DNA of 64,000 bases from Candidatus Hopanoidivoransaceae bacterium (GCA_965204495.1 OZ241989.1:1504312-1568311); one strand, 5' to 3'. Positions 49,040 to 57,972 are shown, numbered from the stretch's first letter. The notes: generated from the letters alone by a model not told the origin. Translations and numbers: made by a program.

Positions 49040-49491
49040 ATGAATAACTCCTCTTGTCGTGGTAATGGTGGTCCTAGTATACCTGTATGTGTTATATTGG
49101 CCAATTCGCAAAATTGTTGCCACACGGCAACAGGGTTGGAAATTTCAGCCGTGATCTCTTCAGGAACACGAGCTACTTTGTCTCTGAATTCTTCGGTCCA
49201 TTCGTGGAGGTGTGTTTCTCCTACCATATTGCAATGAGGATTGTGGTGCTCTTTGCCTAAGTCAACCCCAAATATGCGTCCATGTTTTTTATGAACAATA
49301 AGGTAGTTGAGTTTGCTAACGTCGGGATTGAAAGTAGCATGGAGAAACAGAGGCCATTCTGACACTATATCGACACGGAATTCGCTTACGGAACGATTAT
49401 TCTCCCTTCTGCCCCACTCAATGTTCCCATTGATGTATTTTGGCTCTCTAATGATTGAGCCGAATTCATGCTTGGATAACTGGGCAGTCAT
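49036..49491 (-). CDS. hypothetical protein (151 aa), His-rich motif GKEHHNPHCNMVGETHLHEW
   Basis: Tightly coupled to both neighbours (2-nt gap upstream, 4-nt overlap downstream). AT-rich. Confidence 0.6.
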   Translation of the reverse strand: MTAQLSKHEFGSIIREPKYINGNIEWGRRENNRSVSEFRVDIVSEWPLFLHATFNPDVSKLNYLIVHKKHGRIFGVDLGKEHHNPHCNMVGETHLHEWTEEFRDKVARVPEEITAEISNPVAVWQQFCELANITHTGILGPPLPRQEELFI

Positions 49492-49493
49492 AA

Positions 49494-50024
49494 TCAGATG
49501 GCGAGTCTCAGGTGCCCTTTACCGCTAACCGATCGGACACTACTTGCTTTTGAAGGGTGAGCGGAGTTTTCGATAATTGCATCCAGAAAACTGACTGGAG
49601 CTAGAAGGTACTCTCTGTCTACAGCTTTGATAGCATATCGTCTCATGGTATTACAGCATTCGGGTTGCCTCATGCTTTTGACTATATAAGAAGGACACTG
49701 CCTTGTCAAGTGCACATTTGGGAAAATTGTTTCGCGCCGTCGTTGTCCTCTTTGACTGAATGGACATGTTGCAAGGCTAGCACATGGCGCGTGCGTGAGC
49801 ATGGGAGGCAAATGTGTTGCCGCTTTGTGATAATAGGCGGTTCGGACGAGATTGCCGAGAGATCTGTTTTGGCAAAAGCCGAGTACGCCAGCCACGAATC
49901 GGATGGCTGTTGTGCTGCTGCAGGTGCCTGCCATGCTGTCTACTGCAGCACAGTCTGCCGGCGTGAGCCGAGGCACTGTGCGACTGTCGCTTGTCGGCAG
50001 CATCGGAGCGGTTTTCTCGGTCAT
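49494..50024 (-). CDS. hypothetical Cys-rich ORF (176 aa); possibly only its last 59 codons (from ATG 49673) are a separate gene
   Basis: ATG 50024 lies 6 nt after the P2 -10 box. An internal consensus promoter (P3) places the in-frame ATG 49673 7 nt after its -10. Confidence 0.4.
   Translation of the reverse strand: MTEKTAPMLPTSDSRTVPRLTPADCAAVDSMAGTCSSTTAIRFVAGVLGFCQNRSLGNLVRTAYYHKAATHLPPMLTHAPCASLATCPFSQRGQRRRETIFPNVHLTRQCPSYIVKSMRQPECCNTMRRYAIKAVDREYLLAPVSFLDAIIENSAHPSKASSVRSVSGKGHLRLAI
49681..49709 (-). promoter_or_regulatory. near-consensus promoter P3 (TTGACA-17-TATAGT) inside the 176-aa ORF
   Basis: The minus strand reads cacTTGACAaggcagtgtccttcttaTATAGTcaaaagcATG. Confidence 0.6.
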
Positions 50025-50030
50025 TTGCCC

Positions 50031-50059
50031 ATCGTAGCATGTTGCGCGGTGTTTGTCAA
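50031..50059 (-). promoter_or_regulatory. promoter P2 (TTGACA-17-TACGAT), ATG 6 nt downstream
   Basis: The minus strand reads gagaatgacTTGACAaacaccgcgcaacatgcTACGATgggcaaATG. The first 20 nt are identical to the P1 block. Confidence 0.65.
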
Positions 50060-50136
50060 GTCATTCTCTAAAAAATTTTTGGCTTGTGCTGCTGTGCTGG
50101 AATCCGGGTTGCGGTCGCCGTTAAAGTAGCAGACCT

Positions 50137-51885
50137 ATGGGGTTTGCAGCTTTCGCGAAAATTTTCAGATACGGTATCCTAGCCGCCGTCGCACTGGCGA
50201 CAGCCTTCGCTGCTGTGCTCTGGCTGACCGCCACCCCAGCCTCAGCACTTGGCGGAGGCGGCGGGGTTGGCGACACGGAGAAGAATTGGGATACTGACAA
50301 TTTGCGGTTCGGGAATTATTCTGCTAAGAGTTTTGCTATACCGCATCTGAAGCCTAGCGAGCGTGGTTCTCATGAGGCTTGCGGGGCTGGTGTGGTGGAC
50401 GGGTTTTTTCAGCTTGATACTGATGTGCGCAACGATCTGCCGATTTTGGATGTGACGGTTCCAGCCAGCGGCGCGCCGTCTGTGGCGCACAGAGCGGCTG
50501 CGACTTGTTCGGAGTTCGTGACCGAGCAGGTTATCGCTCGTAACGTCGGTCGCGGTAACGGCGGTTATTGGCTTGACAGTCAAGGTATTCTGCGGCGAGG
50601 GTTGCCGTCTCATACCACAGGCAGGAATTACAGGACGCAGAGATGGTCGCCCAGCAGCCAGACATATCAGAGCGGCAGGTTCAGGATAGACGCTGAGACG
50701 ACTTCTGGCAGCTACGGTTTCGACGGCTATGCCGCGCGGATTGACTATTACACAGGCAGCGCAAGTTTAGCTAACGCGAAATTCAGGGTTGCGGGTAATG
50801 TCAGCTTTGCTGTTCCGCACAGCATTGAGCTAGTCGTGAACACCAAGAAGTCTGGCAGCGTATACACTTGGACACCTGTTTTTCCTGCTTCTGCCAGAGT
50901 GACCGCAGCTACGGCTGTGCATCTGCAAGCCGGAGATTATCTGAGTTTGTGCCCGTCTGGTTTTCATCCTAGGGGCGAAGACGCGGTGCGCAGGATAGGC
51001 AACGGCACAGGTAGAACCTTGTCGTCGCTGGATGAGGCAGGCGAAACCCGGCTGGCTGACCAGTATTGGTGCCGCTCCGATGTTCGCAAGCAAATATGGT
51101 ACGAACCAGAGTTCACAAGCAGAACTTGCGGCCCGGACCCACGACCGACATGTCCTGCTGGTGTGACTGTGCCAACCAAAGAATTCCAGGCTTATTGTCG
51201 TGTGGGCTGTTTTTTCACAGCCACAGATCTGGACACGACATCGATGCAAAGAGGCACAACTGCCATACAGGGCACGCAGAAGAATACCTGCTCTTATATG
51301 TATCCGATACCGCAATGCACAGAGAACGGAACTAAAAAGCCTATAGCCAGAGCCAAGCTGGACAGCCTGTATGTCGCTCCTATAAACAGCCCAGGGGTGT
51401 TTCCTTTCGCTTCTGACGGCAGCACAGCTTGCGACACTAATCCGCAATGCACCGCGAACGGAGCCAAACGCGATATGACTGACGCTGAGCTTCAAGCCTA
51501 CAGAACAGCCAGAGGCGCTAGTTTTGTTCCTGCCAGTGACGCCAGCACGCCTTGCACGGCAGCAGTCGCAGCTAGCGCGGCTGCCGATTTCACTGCCGAT
51601 GCTTGCGTGACAGCGATACTGGAAATTTACGAGAACCGACCTAAAGGTTTCAACGCCGAACCTGGTGTGCGCGCAGATCATCGCACAGTGACAGCTGACA
51701 CGGCTAATCCTGTTTTCGATTTGGATGTCGCTGCTGCGCATCCTGGAACAGCCAGCCCGCCTAGAGCGACCAGTGATCCTTCGGGTTGCGCGGACGGCTC
51801 TGAAGCAAGAGCCGACCATGGAACAGCCGACTCTGCGGCACGCAAGAACACAGGAGCGGAAGACGCCGAGGCTGCTATCTCATAG
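50137..51885 (+). CDS. secreted Cys-rich hypothetical protein (582 aa)
   Basis: Signal peptide ILAAVALATAFAAVLWLTATPASALG and many paired Cys residues. No family recognised. Confidence 0.6.
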   Translation: MGFAAFAKIFRYGILAAVALATAFAAVLWLTATPASALGGGGGVGDTEKNWDTDNLRFGNYSAKSFAIPHLKPSERGSHEACGAGVVDGFFQLDTDVRNDLPILDVTVPASGAPSVAHRAAATCSEFVTEQVIARNVGRGNGGYWLDSQGILRRGLPSHTTGRNYRTQRWSPSSQTYQSGRFRIDAETTSGSYGFDGYAARIDYYTGSASLANAKFRVAGNVSFAVPHSIELVVNTKKSGSVYTWTPVFPASARVTAATAVHLQAGDYLSLCPSGFHPRGEDAVRRIGNGTGRTLSSLDEAGETRLADQYWCRSDVRKQIWYEPEFTSRTCGPDPRPTCPAGVTVPTKEFQAYCRVGCFFTATDLDTTSMQRGTTAIQGTQKNTCSYMYPIPQCTENGTKKPIARAKLDSLYVAPINSPGVFPFASDGSTACDTNPQCTANGAKRDMTDAELQAYRTARGASFVPASDASTPCTAAVAASAAADFTADACVTAILEIYENRPKGFNAEPGVRADHRTVTADTANPVFDLDVAAAHPGTASPPRATSDPSGCADGSEARADHGTADSAARKNTGAEDAEAAIS

Positions 51886-52065
51886 ATGTCGCTGCCGACG
51901 GCAAAGTCACGGTGCAAACAGCAAGAATGGACTTCGAAACAGGCAGCTAAGCTGTGGGTGAAACCTACAGCCGGCTGTTCTCTGGCGACAGGAACTGCAA
52001 AATCAAAAGAACACGCACAGACGTCAGTGCGGTGTCTGCAGCCACAGCGAGCGGGTTTTACTGGT

Positions 52066-52275
52066 ATGCTGAATGCCATGTCAGCGGAATCAGTCATACA
52101 GCGCGACCCAGAAATTATGGGTGGAACGCCGACCTTCGCAGGTACGCGTGTTCAAATCAGGTCTTTGCTGGACGAGTTGGCATCCGGAACCTCAATGGAG
52201 GAATTCATAGAGCTGTATCCCGATGTGTCACGTCAGCAGGTCAAGGCGGCACTGCTGGAATTGTGCCCGCAGTAG
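52066..52275 (+). CDS. DUF433 domain protein (antitoxin-like)
   Basis: DPEIMGGTPTFAGTRVQIRSLLDELASGTSMEEFIELYPDVSRQQVKAALLEL matches the DUF433 pattern. The start is ATG 52066 or 52078. Confidence 0.75.
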   Translation: MLNAMSAESVIQRDPEIMGGTPTFAGTRVQIRSLLDELASGTSMEEFIELYPDVSRQQVKAALLELCPQ

Positions 52276-52288
52276 TCGCGTATATCTT

Positions 52289-52678
52289 GTGCCAACTTAT
52301 CCTCGGCGGGTTTTACTAGACGCTTGTCTCTCTCCGCAACTCAGCCAACTTTTCCCAGAAGATTTCGAAGTAGCCGATGCCAGAGCCAAAGGCTGGCACA
52401 AAATGAAGAACGGGGAGTTGACCGAAACAGCAGCGGAGAGCGGGTACGAGGCTATCGTCACCAAAGATCGTGCCTTCTATAGAAAAAGAGGGGTGCAACC
52501 GTTCCCGTTCCCTGTCTTCTTGATCATTCCGTCAGAAGGTTATGACACAGTGTCATATCACAAGCAAGTAATGCCTGCAATAATTGGCGATATGCTGAGC
52601 GGCGTAGAAAAACAGCACTACTCGTATGGAGAGGAGTTGCCGGGCTTGGAATCTGTGCATAAGACTATTTCTCCCTGA
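52289..52678 (+). CDS. DUF5615 (PIN-like) protein, partner of DUF433
   Basis: VLLDACLSPQLSQLF...ELTETAAESGYEAIVTKDRAF fits the DUF5615 pattern. The GTG start is inferred just after the DUF433 stop. Confidence 0.6.
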   Translation: MPTYPRRVLLDACLSPQLSQLFPEDFEVADARAKGWHKMKNGELTETAAESGYEAIVTKDRAFYRKRGVQPFPFPVFLIIPSEGYDTVSYHKQVMPAIIGDMLSGVEKQHYSYGEELPGLESVHKTISP

Positions 52679-52721
52679 TGCGGAAGAGATTTCCCGAAGT
52701 GCCGTATGTCCCAATCAGCTT

Positions 52722-54005
52722 ATGACTTCTAGCAAATCTTTATTCAGCCGGGCTCAGGGCGTTATTCCGGGCGGGGTGAACTCGCCGGTGCGGGCTTTCG
52801 GATCGGTGGGGGGGACTCCTTATTTTGTGTCGCGTGCCGAGGGGTCGCACATCTGGGATGCCGACAGCAATCGCTACCTTGACTATGTGATGAGCTACGG
52901 CCCGCTCATTTTGGGGCACGCTCATCCCGCCGTGGTAGATGCAGTAGCCGAGGCAGCTGCGGGCGGAACGAGCTATGGCGCGCCCACCGAGCGGGAAGTG
53001 CTGCTGGCGGAAGAACTCTGCGAGCGAATCCCGGGGATGGAAATGGTGCGACTGGTCTCCAGCGGCACCGAGGCCACGATGACGGCAGTGCGACTGGCTA
53101 GGGGGGCGACAGGGCGCGACATAGTGGTGAAGTTCGCAGGCTGCTATCACGGACACGCCGACTTTCTGCTAGCCGCCGGCGGCAGCGGGGTGGCAAATCA
53201 AGGTCTCTCAGGCTGCGACGGCGTAACGGCGAGCGCGGTGGCCGACACAATAGTCGCCCCGTATAACGAGGTGCCTGAACTGGACGAGCGAGTGGCGGCG
53301 GTGATTGTAGAACCTGTAGCAGCCAACATGGGGTTGGTCGCCCCCGAGCCAGATTTTCTGCCCCAGCTGCGAGATGCCTGCAGCAAAGCTGGCGCGCTGC
53401 TGATCTTTGACGAGGTGATCACAGGTTTCCGCCTGTGCCGAGGCGGAGCGGCCGAGTGGTTCGGTGTGCAGCCCGACCTTTGGTGCTTCGGCAAGGTAAT
53501 CGGCGGCGGACTGCCCGTAGGAGCTTTCGGCGGCAAGCGAGAGATCATGGAGCATCTAGCCCCCCTAGGCGGCGTCTACCAAGCAGGCACGCTCTCGGGC
53601 AACCCACTAGCCACCGCAGCAGGCCTTGCCACGCTAGCCGAACTAGACGTCCGAGCCTACGAAACCCTAGCCAACACCACCGCCCGCCTAGCAAAAGGCA
53701 TGGCTCAAGCCATAACCGAGGCAGGCATCGCCGCCGTACTGCCCCAAGTGGGCCCCCTGCTCGGGTTGTTTTTCTGCGACACCTCGCCGAAGTCTTTTGA
53801 CGAAGCCGACAAAGCCGCCCAGAACGGCGTCTATCCTCGCTTTTTCCACGCCATGCTCAAAGAAGGCATAGCCCTGGCCCCAGGCCCCTACGAGATCCTC
53901 TTCCCCAGTCTCGCCCACACCGAAGAAGACATCGCCCAAAGCATAAGCGCAGCCAGCAAAGCAGCCCTAGCCGCCGACGAAGCCGCAGCCGCAGCTCAGA
54001 CCTGA
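52722..54005 (+). CDS. hemL: glutamate-1-semialdehyde 2,1-aminomutase
   Basis: GVIPGGVNSPVRAF, FDEVITGFR. Start set at MTSSKSLF (ATG 52722). Confidence 0.95.
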   Translation: MTSSKSLFSRAQGVIPGGVNSPVRAFGSVGGTPYFVSRAEGSHIWDADSNRYLDYVMSYGPLILGHAHPAVVDAVAEAAAGGTSYGAPTEREVLLAEELCERIPGMEMVRLVSSGTEATMTAVRLARGATGRDIVVKFAGCYHGHADFLLAAGGSGVANQGLSGCDGVTASAVADTIVAPYNEVPELDERVAAVIVEPVAANMGLVAPEPDFLPQLRDACSKAGALLIFDEVITGFRLCRGGAAEWFGVQPDLWCFGKVIGGGLPVGAFGGKREIMEHLAPLGGVYQAGTLSGNPLATAAGLATLAELDVRAYETLANTTARLAKGMAQAITEAGIAAVLPQVGPLLGLFFCDTSPKSFDEADKAAQNGVYPRFFHAMLKEGIALAPGPYEILFPSLAHTEEDIAQSISAASKAALAADEAAAAAQT

Positions 54006-55393
54006 GCTTTTGTTTCCGGCAGCGCTCTAGCTACGCCCTTCATGGCGGCGTAGGCTAGCTCGGCGGGTTTTAGCTCGTCGGGGCGGAGGAGGTTGGCCAT
54101 TATGCGCAGGGCCCATTCCATGAAGGTGCGGGACTGCATGCCTGCGCTGGTGAGACGGCGGATGAGGTCGGGGTTGCCGATGGCTTTGGCGAAGAGGTGG
54201 CCGACACGGAAATAGAGGCCGTAGGTGCTTTCCAGCCAGCGGGGGTATTCGCCTAGGATGCCGAGGTCGCTGCGAGCCAGAGCGGAGGCGATGATGTCGG
54301 CGGCGGCACGGCCTGTTTCGTAGGCGTAATCTATGCCTTCGCCGTTGAAGGGATTGACAGTGCCAGCAGCGTCGCCCACCACGAGCCAGTTCGCACCCGC
54401 CTTGGGCTGCACCGAACCGCCCATCGGCAGCCTGCCGCCGACAGGCGCGATCTCGGGGCTGGCGGGGTCTACGCCCCAGAAGTCGGGCAGAGCGTGCGCC
54501 CACTCTTCCATGAGCCAGCTCGTGTTGACGCTCTTGTAATCCCGAAAAGTAGACAGCAAGCCGATGCCCACATTCACCTTCCCGTCGCCGAGCGGGAACA
54601 CCCAGCCGTAGCCGGGGAGAGTGTTGCCTTGGCGGTCGGTGATGTCTAGCGCGCTTTCTATCCAAGGGTCGTCATGGGCGGGGCTGGAGTAGTAAGTGCG
54701 AATAGCCATGCCCTGCGCCAAGCTGCGATCCCGCCTAGTGCCGAGCGCACGCCCGAAACGAGAGTTGGCTCCGTCTGCCACGATCACATAGCGGGCTTTG
54801 ACATGCTCGGTTTCGCCGCTGGCTTTGTCGCGGAGCACCGCGCCTGCTAGTTCGCTTGAATTTGACAGACTGACGGCCGCTATGTCGTTGCCATTTTCCG
54901 ACCTGCTGTAATCCACGCCATCTTCTGAAGCATGACCGACAGCCTCGCCATCTGCAGCAACTCCGCCTGGCCCAGATCTCGCCACAGAGCTGTTGGAGTC
55001 AAACAATGGCTTCACCGCCTCGACCCCGTGCCGCACGACTGCACCGACCGACCTGGCCCGCTCGGCCACCAGACCGTCCAAATCACGCCGGCGCACCACG
55101 AAGCCGTAGTCGGGATAGACAGGGTGTGACGGCCACGGCAGCTCTAGCACGGCACCGTGAGCCCGCACTCGCAACCCCTCGTGCCGATGCCAGCAGGCAA
55201 ACGCTCCTTCCAGTCCCATGTCGGCGAGTTCCTTGACTGCTCTCGGGGTGAGACCGTCGCCGCAGGTTTTGTCGCGGGGGAAATGCTGCTTGTCAACCGC
55301 CAGCACTTCCAAGCCGCGTTTCGCCGCCCAATAAGCTGCGGCCGCCCCCGCTGGCCCCGCCCCGACTATCAGAAGGTCGTAGGTCTCCGCCAC
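53996..55393 (-). CDS. geranylgeranyl reductase family FAD oxidoreductase (MenJ-like)
   Basis: YDLLIVGAGPAGAAAA and FPRDKTCGDGLTPRA, with an internal low-complexity insert. GTG start. Confidence 0.8.
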   Translation of the reverse strand: MAETYDLLIVGAGPAGAAAAYWAAKRGLEVLAVDKQHFPRDKTCGDGLTPRAVKELADMGLEGAFACWHRHEGLRVRAHGAVLELPWPSHPVYPDYGFVVRRRDLDGLVAERARSVGAVVRHGVEAVKPLFDSNSSVARSGPGGVAADGEAVGHASEDGVDYSRSENGNDIAAVSLSNSSELAGAVLRDKASGETEHVKARYVIVADGANSRFGRALGTRRDRSLAQGMAIRTYYSSPAHDDPWIESALDITDRQGNTLPGYGWVFPLGDGKVNVGIGLLSTFRDYKSVNTSWLMEEWAHALPDFWGVDPASPEIAPVGGRLPMGGSVQPKAGANWLVVGDAAGTVNPFNGEGIDYAYETGRAAADIIASALARSDLGILGEYPRWLESTYGLYFRVGHLFAKAIGNPDLIRRLTSAGMQSRTFMEWALRIMANLLRPDELKPAELAYAAMKGVARALPETKAQV

Positions 55394-55466
55394 ATCAGTT
55401 AGGCATTAGTTTCAAGCCAGCGACTTTTGAGATGCCAAAGGTGCCTGGGGTGCTGAAAGCATTTTG

Positions 55467-56336
55467 CTAGCCCTCCGCCTCCATCGCATCGCCGCCGCCC
55501 GCAAACACTGGGGCTAGCAGGACTTGTATCTCCTCGGCGGTGATGTCGGGAGAGAACGACTCTGGCAGCACCACATCGCCAGTCGCCGATAGTTCTTCTA
55601 CGAGGGCGGCGACGGTGCGGGCGGTCGCGCTGTCGTTATGGACGGCACGCTCGTAGAGCGACGCGGCGATGACTTCGCGGGCTGTGAGGTCGCCGCTGAA
55701 GCCGGGCATCTCGCCGAACCAGCCGGCGACACGACCCTCGGCACCGCCCTCGCCACGATTGGCTGCACCGTAGGGACGACCCACGCCGGTGTCGTTGGTG
55801 CCTTTGACGATCCATTCAATCTGTTGCGCCAAGCCGAGGCCGTCGGGCGACTCGGGGAAGGTCAGCATCAGCTCGCCGCCGTTGAGCTGCGGCCCTGAGT
55901 TGGTGCCGGCCCCGTCGCCGCCGTGACAGCTGGCGCACGCGGCCGTGTTGGCATAGACTTCTTCGCCCTCGCCGATGAGACCTGTCTCGCCGCGAGTGGG
56001 CGACTCCAGCGTGCCGACATAAAGGAAAGCCCAGAGCGGCAGGAACAAGAGTGCAGGCATCACCCAATACGGGATGCGCTGGCGGCGGCGAGAGGCGAGC
56101 ACGGCAGGCGGAGTCGGCGGCGGGGGAGGAGGCGGCGGCGCAGGAGCAGGATGAGGAGCCAGAATCGGAGCAGCCTGCCCGCCTGCTGAGGCACCGGCAG
56201 GAGCAGCCGCAGCAGCAGTTCCGCCAGCCGCAGCTGCATCACCTGCCGCAGCATCGGCAGCATCCCCGCCCTGGCCAGTCAGAAGCTGTCGTCTCTCTCG
56301 GGAGCGTTCTAGCAGATAATCAGGTATGTCAGCCAT
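55467..56336 (-). CDS. membrane-anchored mono-heme c-type cytochrome
   Basis: CASCHGGDG heme motif, one TM helix (YWVMPALLFLPLWAFLYVG), and an Ala/Pro-rich N-terminal region. Confidence 0.75.
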   Translation of the reverse strand: MADIPDYLLERSRERRQLLTGQGGDAADAAAGDAAAAGGTAAAAAPAGASAGGQAAPILAPHPAPAPPPPPPPPTPPAVLASRRRQRIPYWVMPALLFLPLWAFLYVGTLESPTRGETGLIGEGEEVYANTAACASCHGGDGAGTNSGPQLNGGELMLTFPESPDGLGLAQQIEWIVKGTNDTGVGRPYGAANRGEGGAEGRVAGWFGEMPGFSGDLTAREVIAASLYERAVHNDSATARTVAALVEELSATGDVVLPESFSPDITAEEIQVLLAPVFAGGGDAMEAEG

Positions 56337-56726
56337 CGGCGGCGTCCTTGTGTCCTTTCGCTCTTGTTTCTTTCTTTAAGTATGACATCCTCTAAGAATG
56401 TTATCTGTGAAGCGGCGGCAACGGGTATTATTCTCTGATGATGAGACGGAGGTCGTGCCAAAGACTGGATTGAAGGGAAGCCAAAGTCGGAACAGCGTTT
56501 CTTGCCGAAAATCAAGAAAAGGCTAAGATGACGCTGCCTGCATATAAACTTACTTTGACTGCTAAAAGCGATACATGCCACACGCAGAGCAACACCAGAG
56601 AGCAAACCAGCGACAATCCACCAGAGAGCAACCCTCCGACACCAAGCCCGAGCACCCTCCTAGAGAACCCCCCTTAGAGAACCACCCACAAGCCAGCCGA
56701 CACCCACGGAGCAAGAGAAATCTCAG

Positions 56727-57320
56727 ATGAGCGGACTACGACAAATTGACATAAGCGTCAAGAAGTTCTACCGTGCGCTCGGAGGCACTTCGGTGCTCGT
56801 CTTCGGGTTTCTGGCGGTGTGGCTGAGCATCACTGGCGAGGTGGATGCGCCCTACTTCAATGCGGCGTTCACGATCTCGTGGATCATCGGCTGCCTCGGC
56901 ATCGTGGCAGTGCTTGAATACGGACGCCGCCGCCCCGCCGAAGCCGAGATGACCTGGGGCGAGGCCATGATCGGCGCAGCCTTTGCGTTCTTTCTGCTGT
57001 TTTGGATTTACGGCGTGGTGCCGCACCTGTTCCTGACATTCGCCGACAGCGAGCTGGGCTGGCGTCCCGACCGTCCGTTCCAAGGCCCCACCCTCCCCAC
57101 ATGGTGGGCAGAAGGGCAAGGGCTGCTGGACTGGGCGTTGCCCTTTGACCTCAACTACCGAGTGCTCCGCGACATCCTCGCCACCGGCATCTACGGCGCA
57201 GCCTTGGCAGCCAACATCGCTGTCTTCTCCATCTGGCAACGACGCAACAACCCAGTCGCCGCCCCCGAAGCCGACAAATCCAAGTTCGGCCGCCCGCTGA
57301 TGCGCCGCGAGAGCGCATAA
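56727..57320 (+). CDS. hypothetical polytopic membrane protein (197 aa)
   Basis: Four predicted TM helices. First gene of the respiratory operon. Confidence 0.6.
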   Translation: MSGLRQIDISVKKFYRALGGTSVLVFGFLAVWLSITGEVDAPYFNAAFTISWIIGCLGIVAVLEYGRRRPAEAEMTWGEAMIGAAFAFFLLFWIYGVVPHLFLTFADSELGWRPDRPFQGPTLPTWWAEGQGLLDWALPFDLNYRVLRDILATGIYGAALAANIAVFSIWQRRNNPVAAPEADKSKFGRPLMRRESA

Positions 57321-57431
57321 GAGATGCAGCGAGAGTTCGTGAAAGACTGACAGAGACACCCTGCACCAAGCCCCCCCCACACCAGAGAACACCCCCAGCC
57401 CCGAAAGCCCTCCAGCCCCAGAGAGACCATC

Positions 57432-57848
57432 ATGCCATCTACAGACGCCAACCCGCCGCTTCCCGAATTCAGGGAAGACTATGTGCTCCAAGAAGTGGGG
57501 CCAGAATGGCTGTCGCAGGCCGTGAAGCCCAAGCAGTTCATCCACATAGACCAGTCGGAATGCATCATGTGCGAAGGCTGCGTGGACATCTGCCCGTGGA
57601 AGTGCATCCACATGGTGTCGCCCGAAGCCATAGACGAAGCAATCGGCACGGAGCAGCCCGGCGCCGACCCCAGCGACCATGTGATCTTCACGATTGACGA
57701 CGATGTCTGCACCCGCTGCGCCCTTTGCGTAGACCGCTGCCCGACAGGCGTGATCATCCTAGGCAAGCTAGGCGAAGCCCCCGCCGAAGGCGACCCCCAC
57801 CAGCGAGTAGCCTCCTACGGCTACGGCTACGGAATGCGGCTAGCTTGA
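57432..57848 (+). CDS. 2x[4Fe-4S] ferredoxin-like protein
   Basis: CIMCEGCVDICP and CTRCALCVDRCP. Confidence 0.8.
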   Translation: MPSTDANPPLPEFREDYVLQEVGPEWLSQAVKPKQFIHIDQSECIMCEGCVDICPWKCIHMVSPEAIDEAIGTEQPGADPSDHVIFTIDDDVCTRCALCVDRCPTGVIILGKLGEAPAEGDPHQRVASYGYGYGMRLA

Positions 57849-57972
57849 AAGCGACTAGGCAGCAGCAAGATTTGACGATAAGCCAGCAGAGCAGCCCAGC
57901 AACAAGCAGCCCAGCAACATAAGACAGCAAAGCAAGACACCAAAGCGAGCTAACGAAAAAGAGGTAGCAACA

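Noticed and set aside
49665-50129. 154-aa plus-strand ORF opposite the 176-aa ORF
   Set aside because: The sequence is Cys/Arg-rich and junk-like. It would run through promoter P2, and there are no start signals. The minus-strand frame is supported by promoter geometry and coupling to the downstream genes.
56337-56726. Small ORFs (17-49 aa) and a possible ncRNA in the 390-bp divergent respiratory control region
   Set aside because: No RBS, conservation or structural signal could be established by eye. The region is treated as a promoter/leader region.
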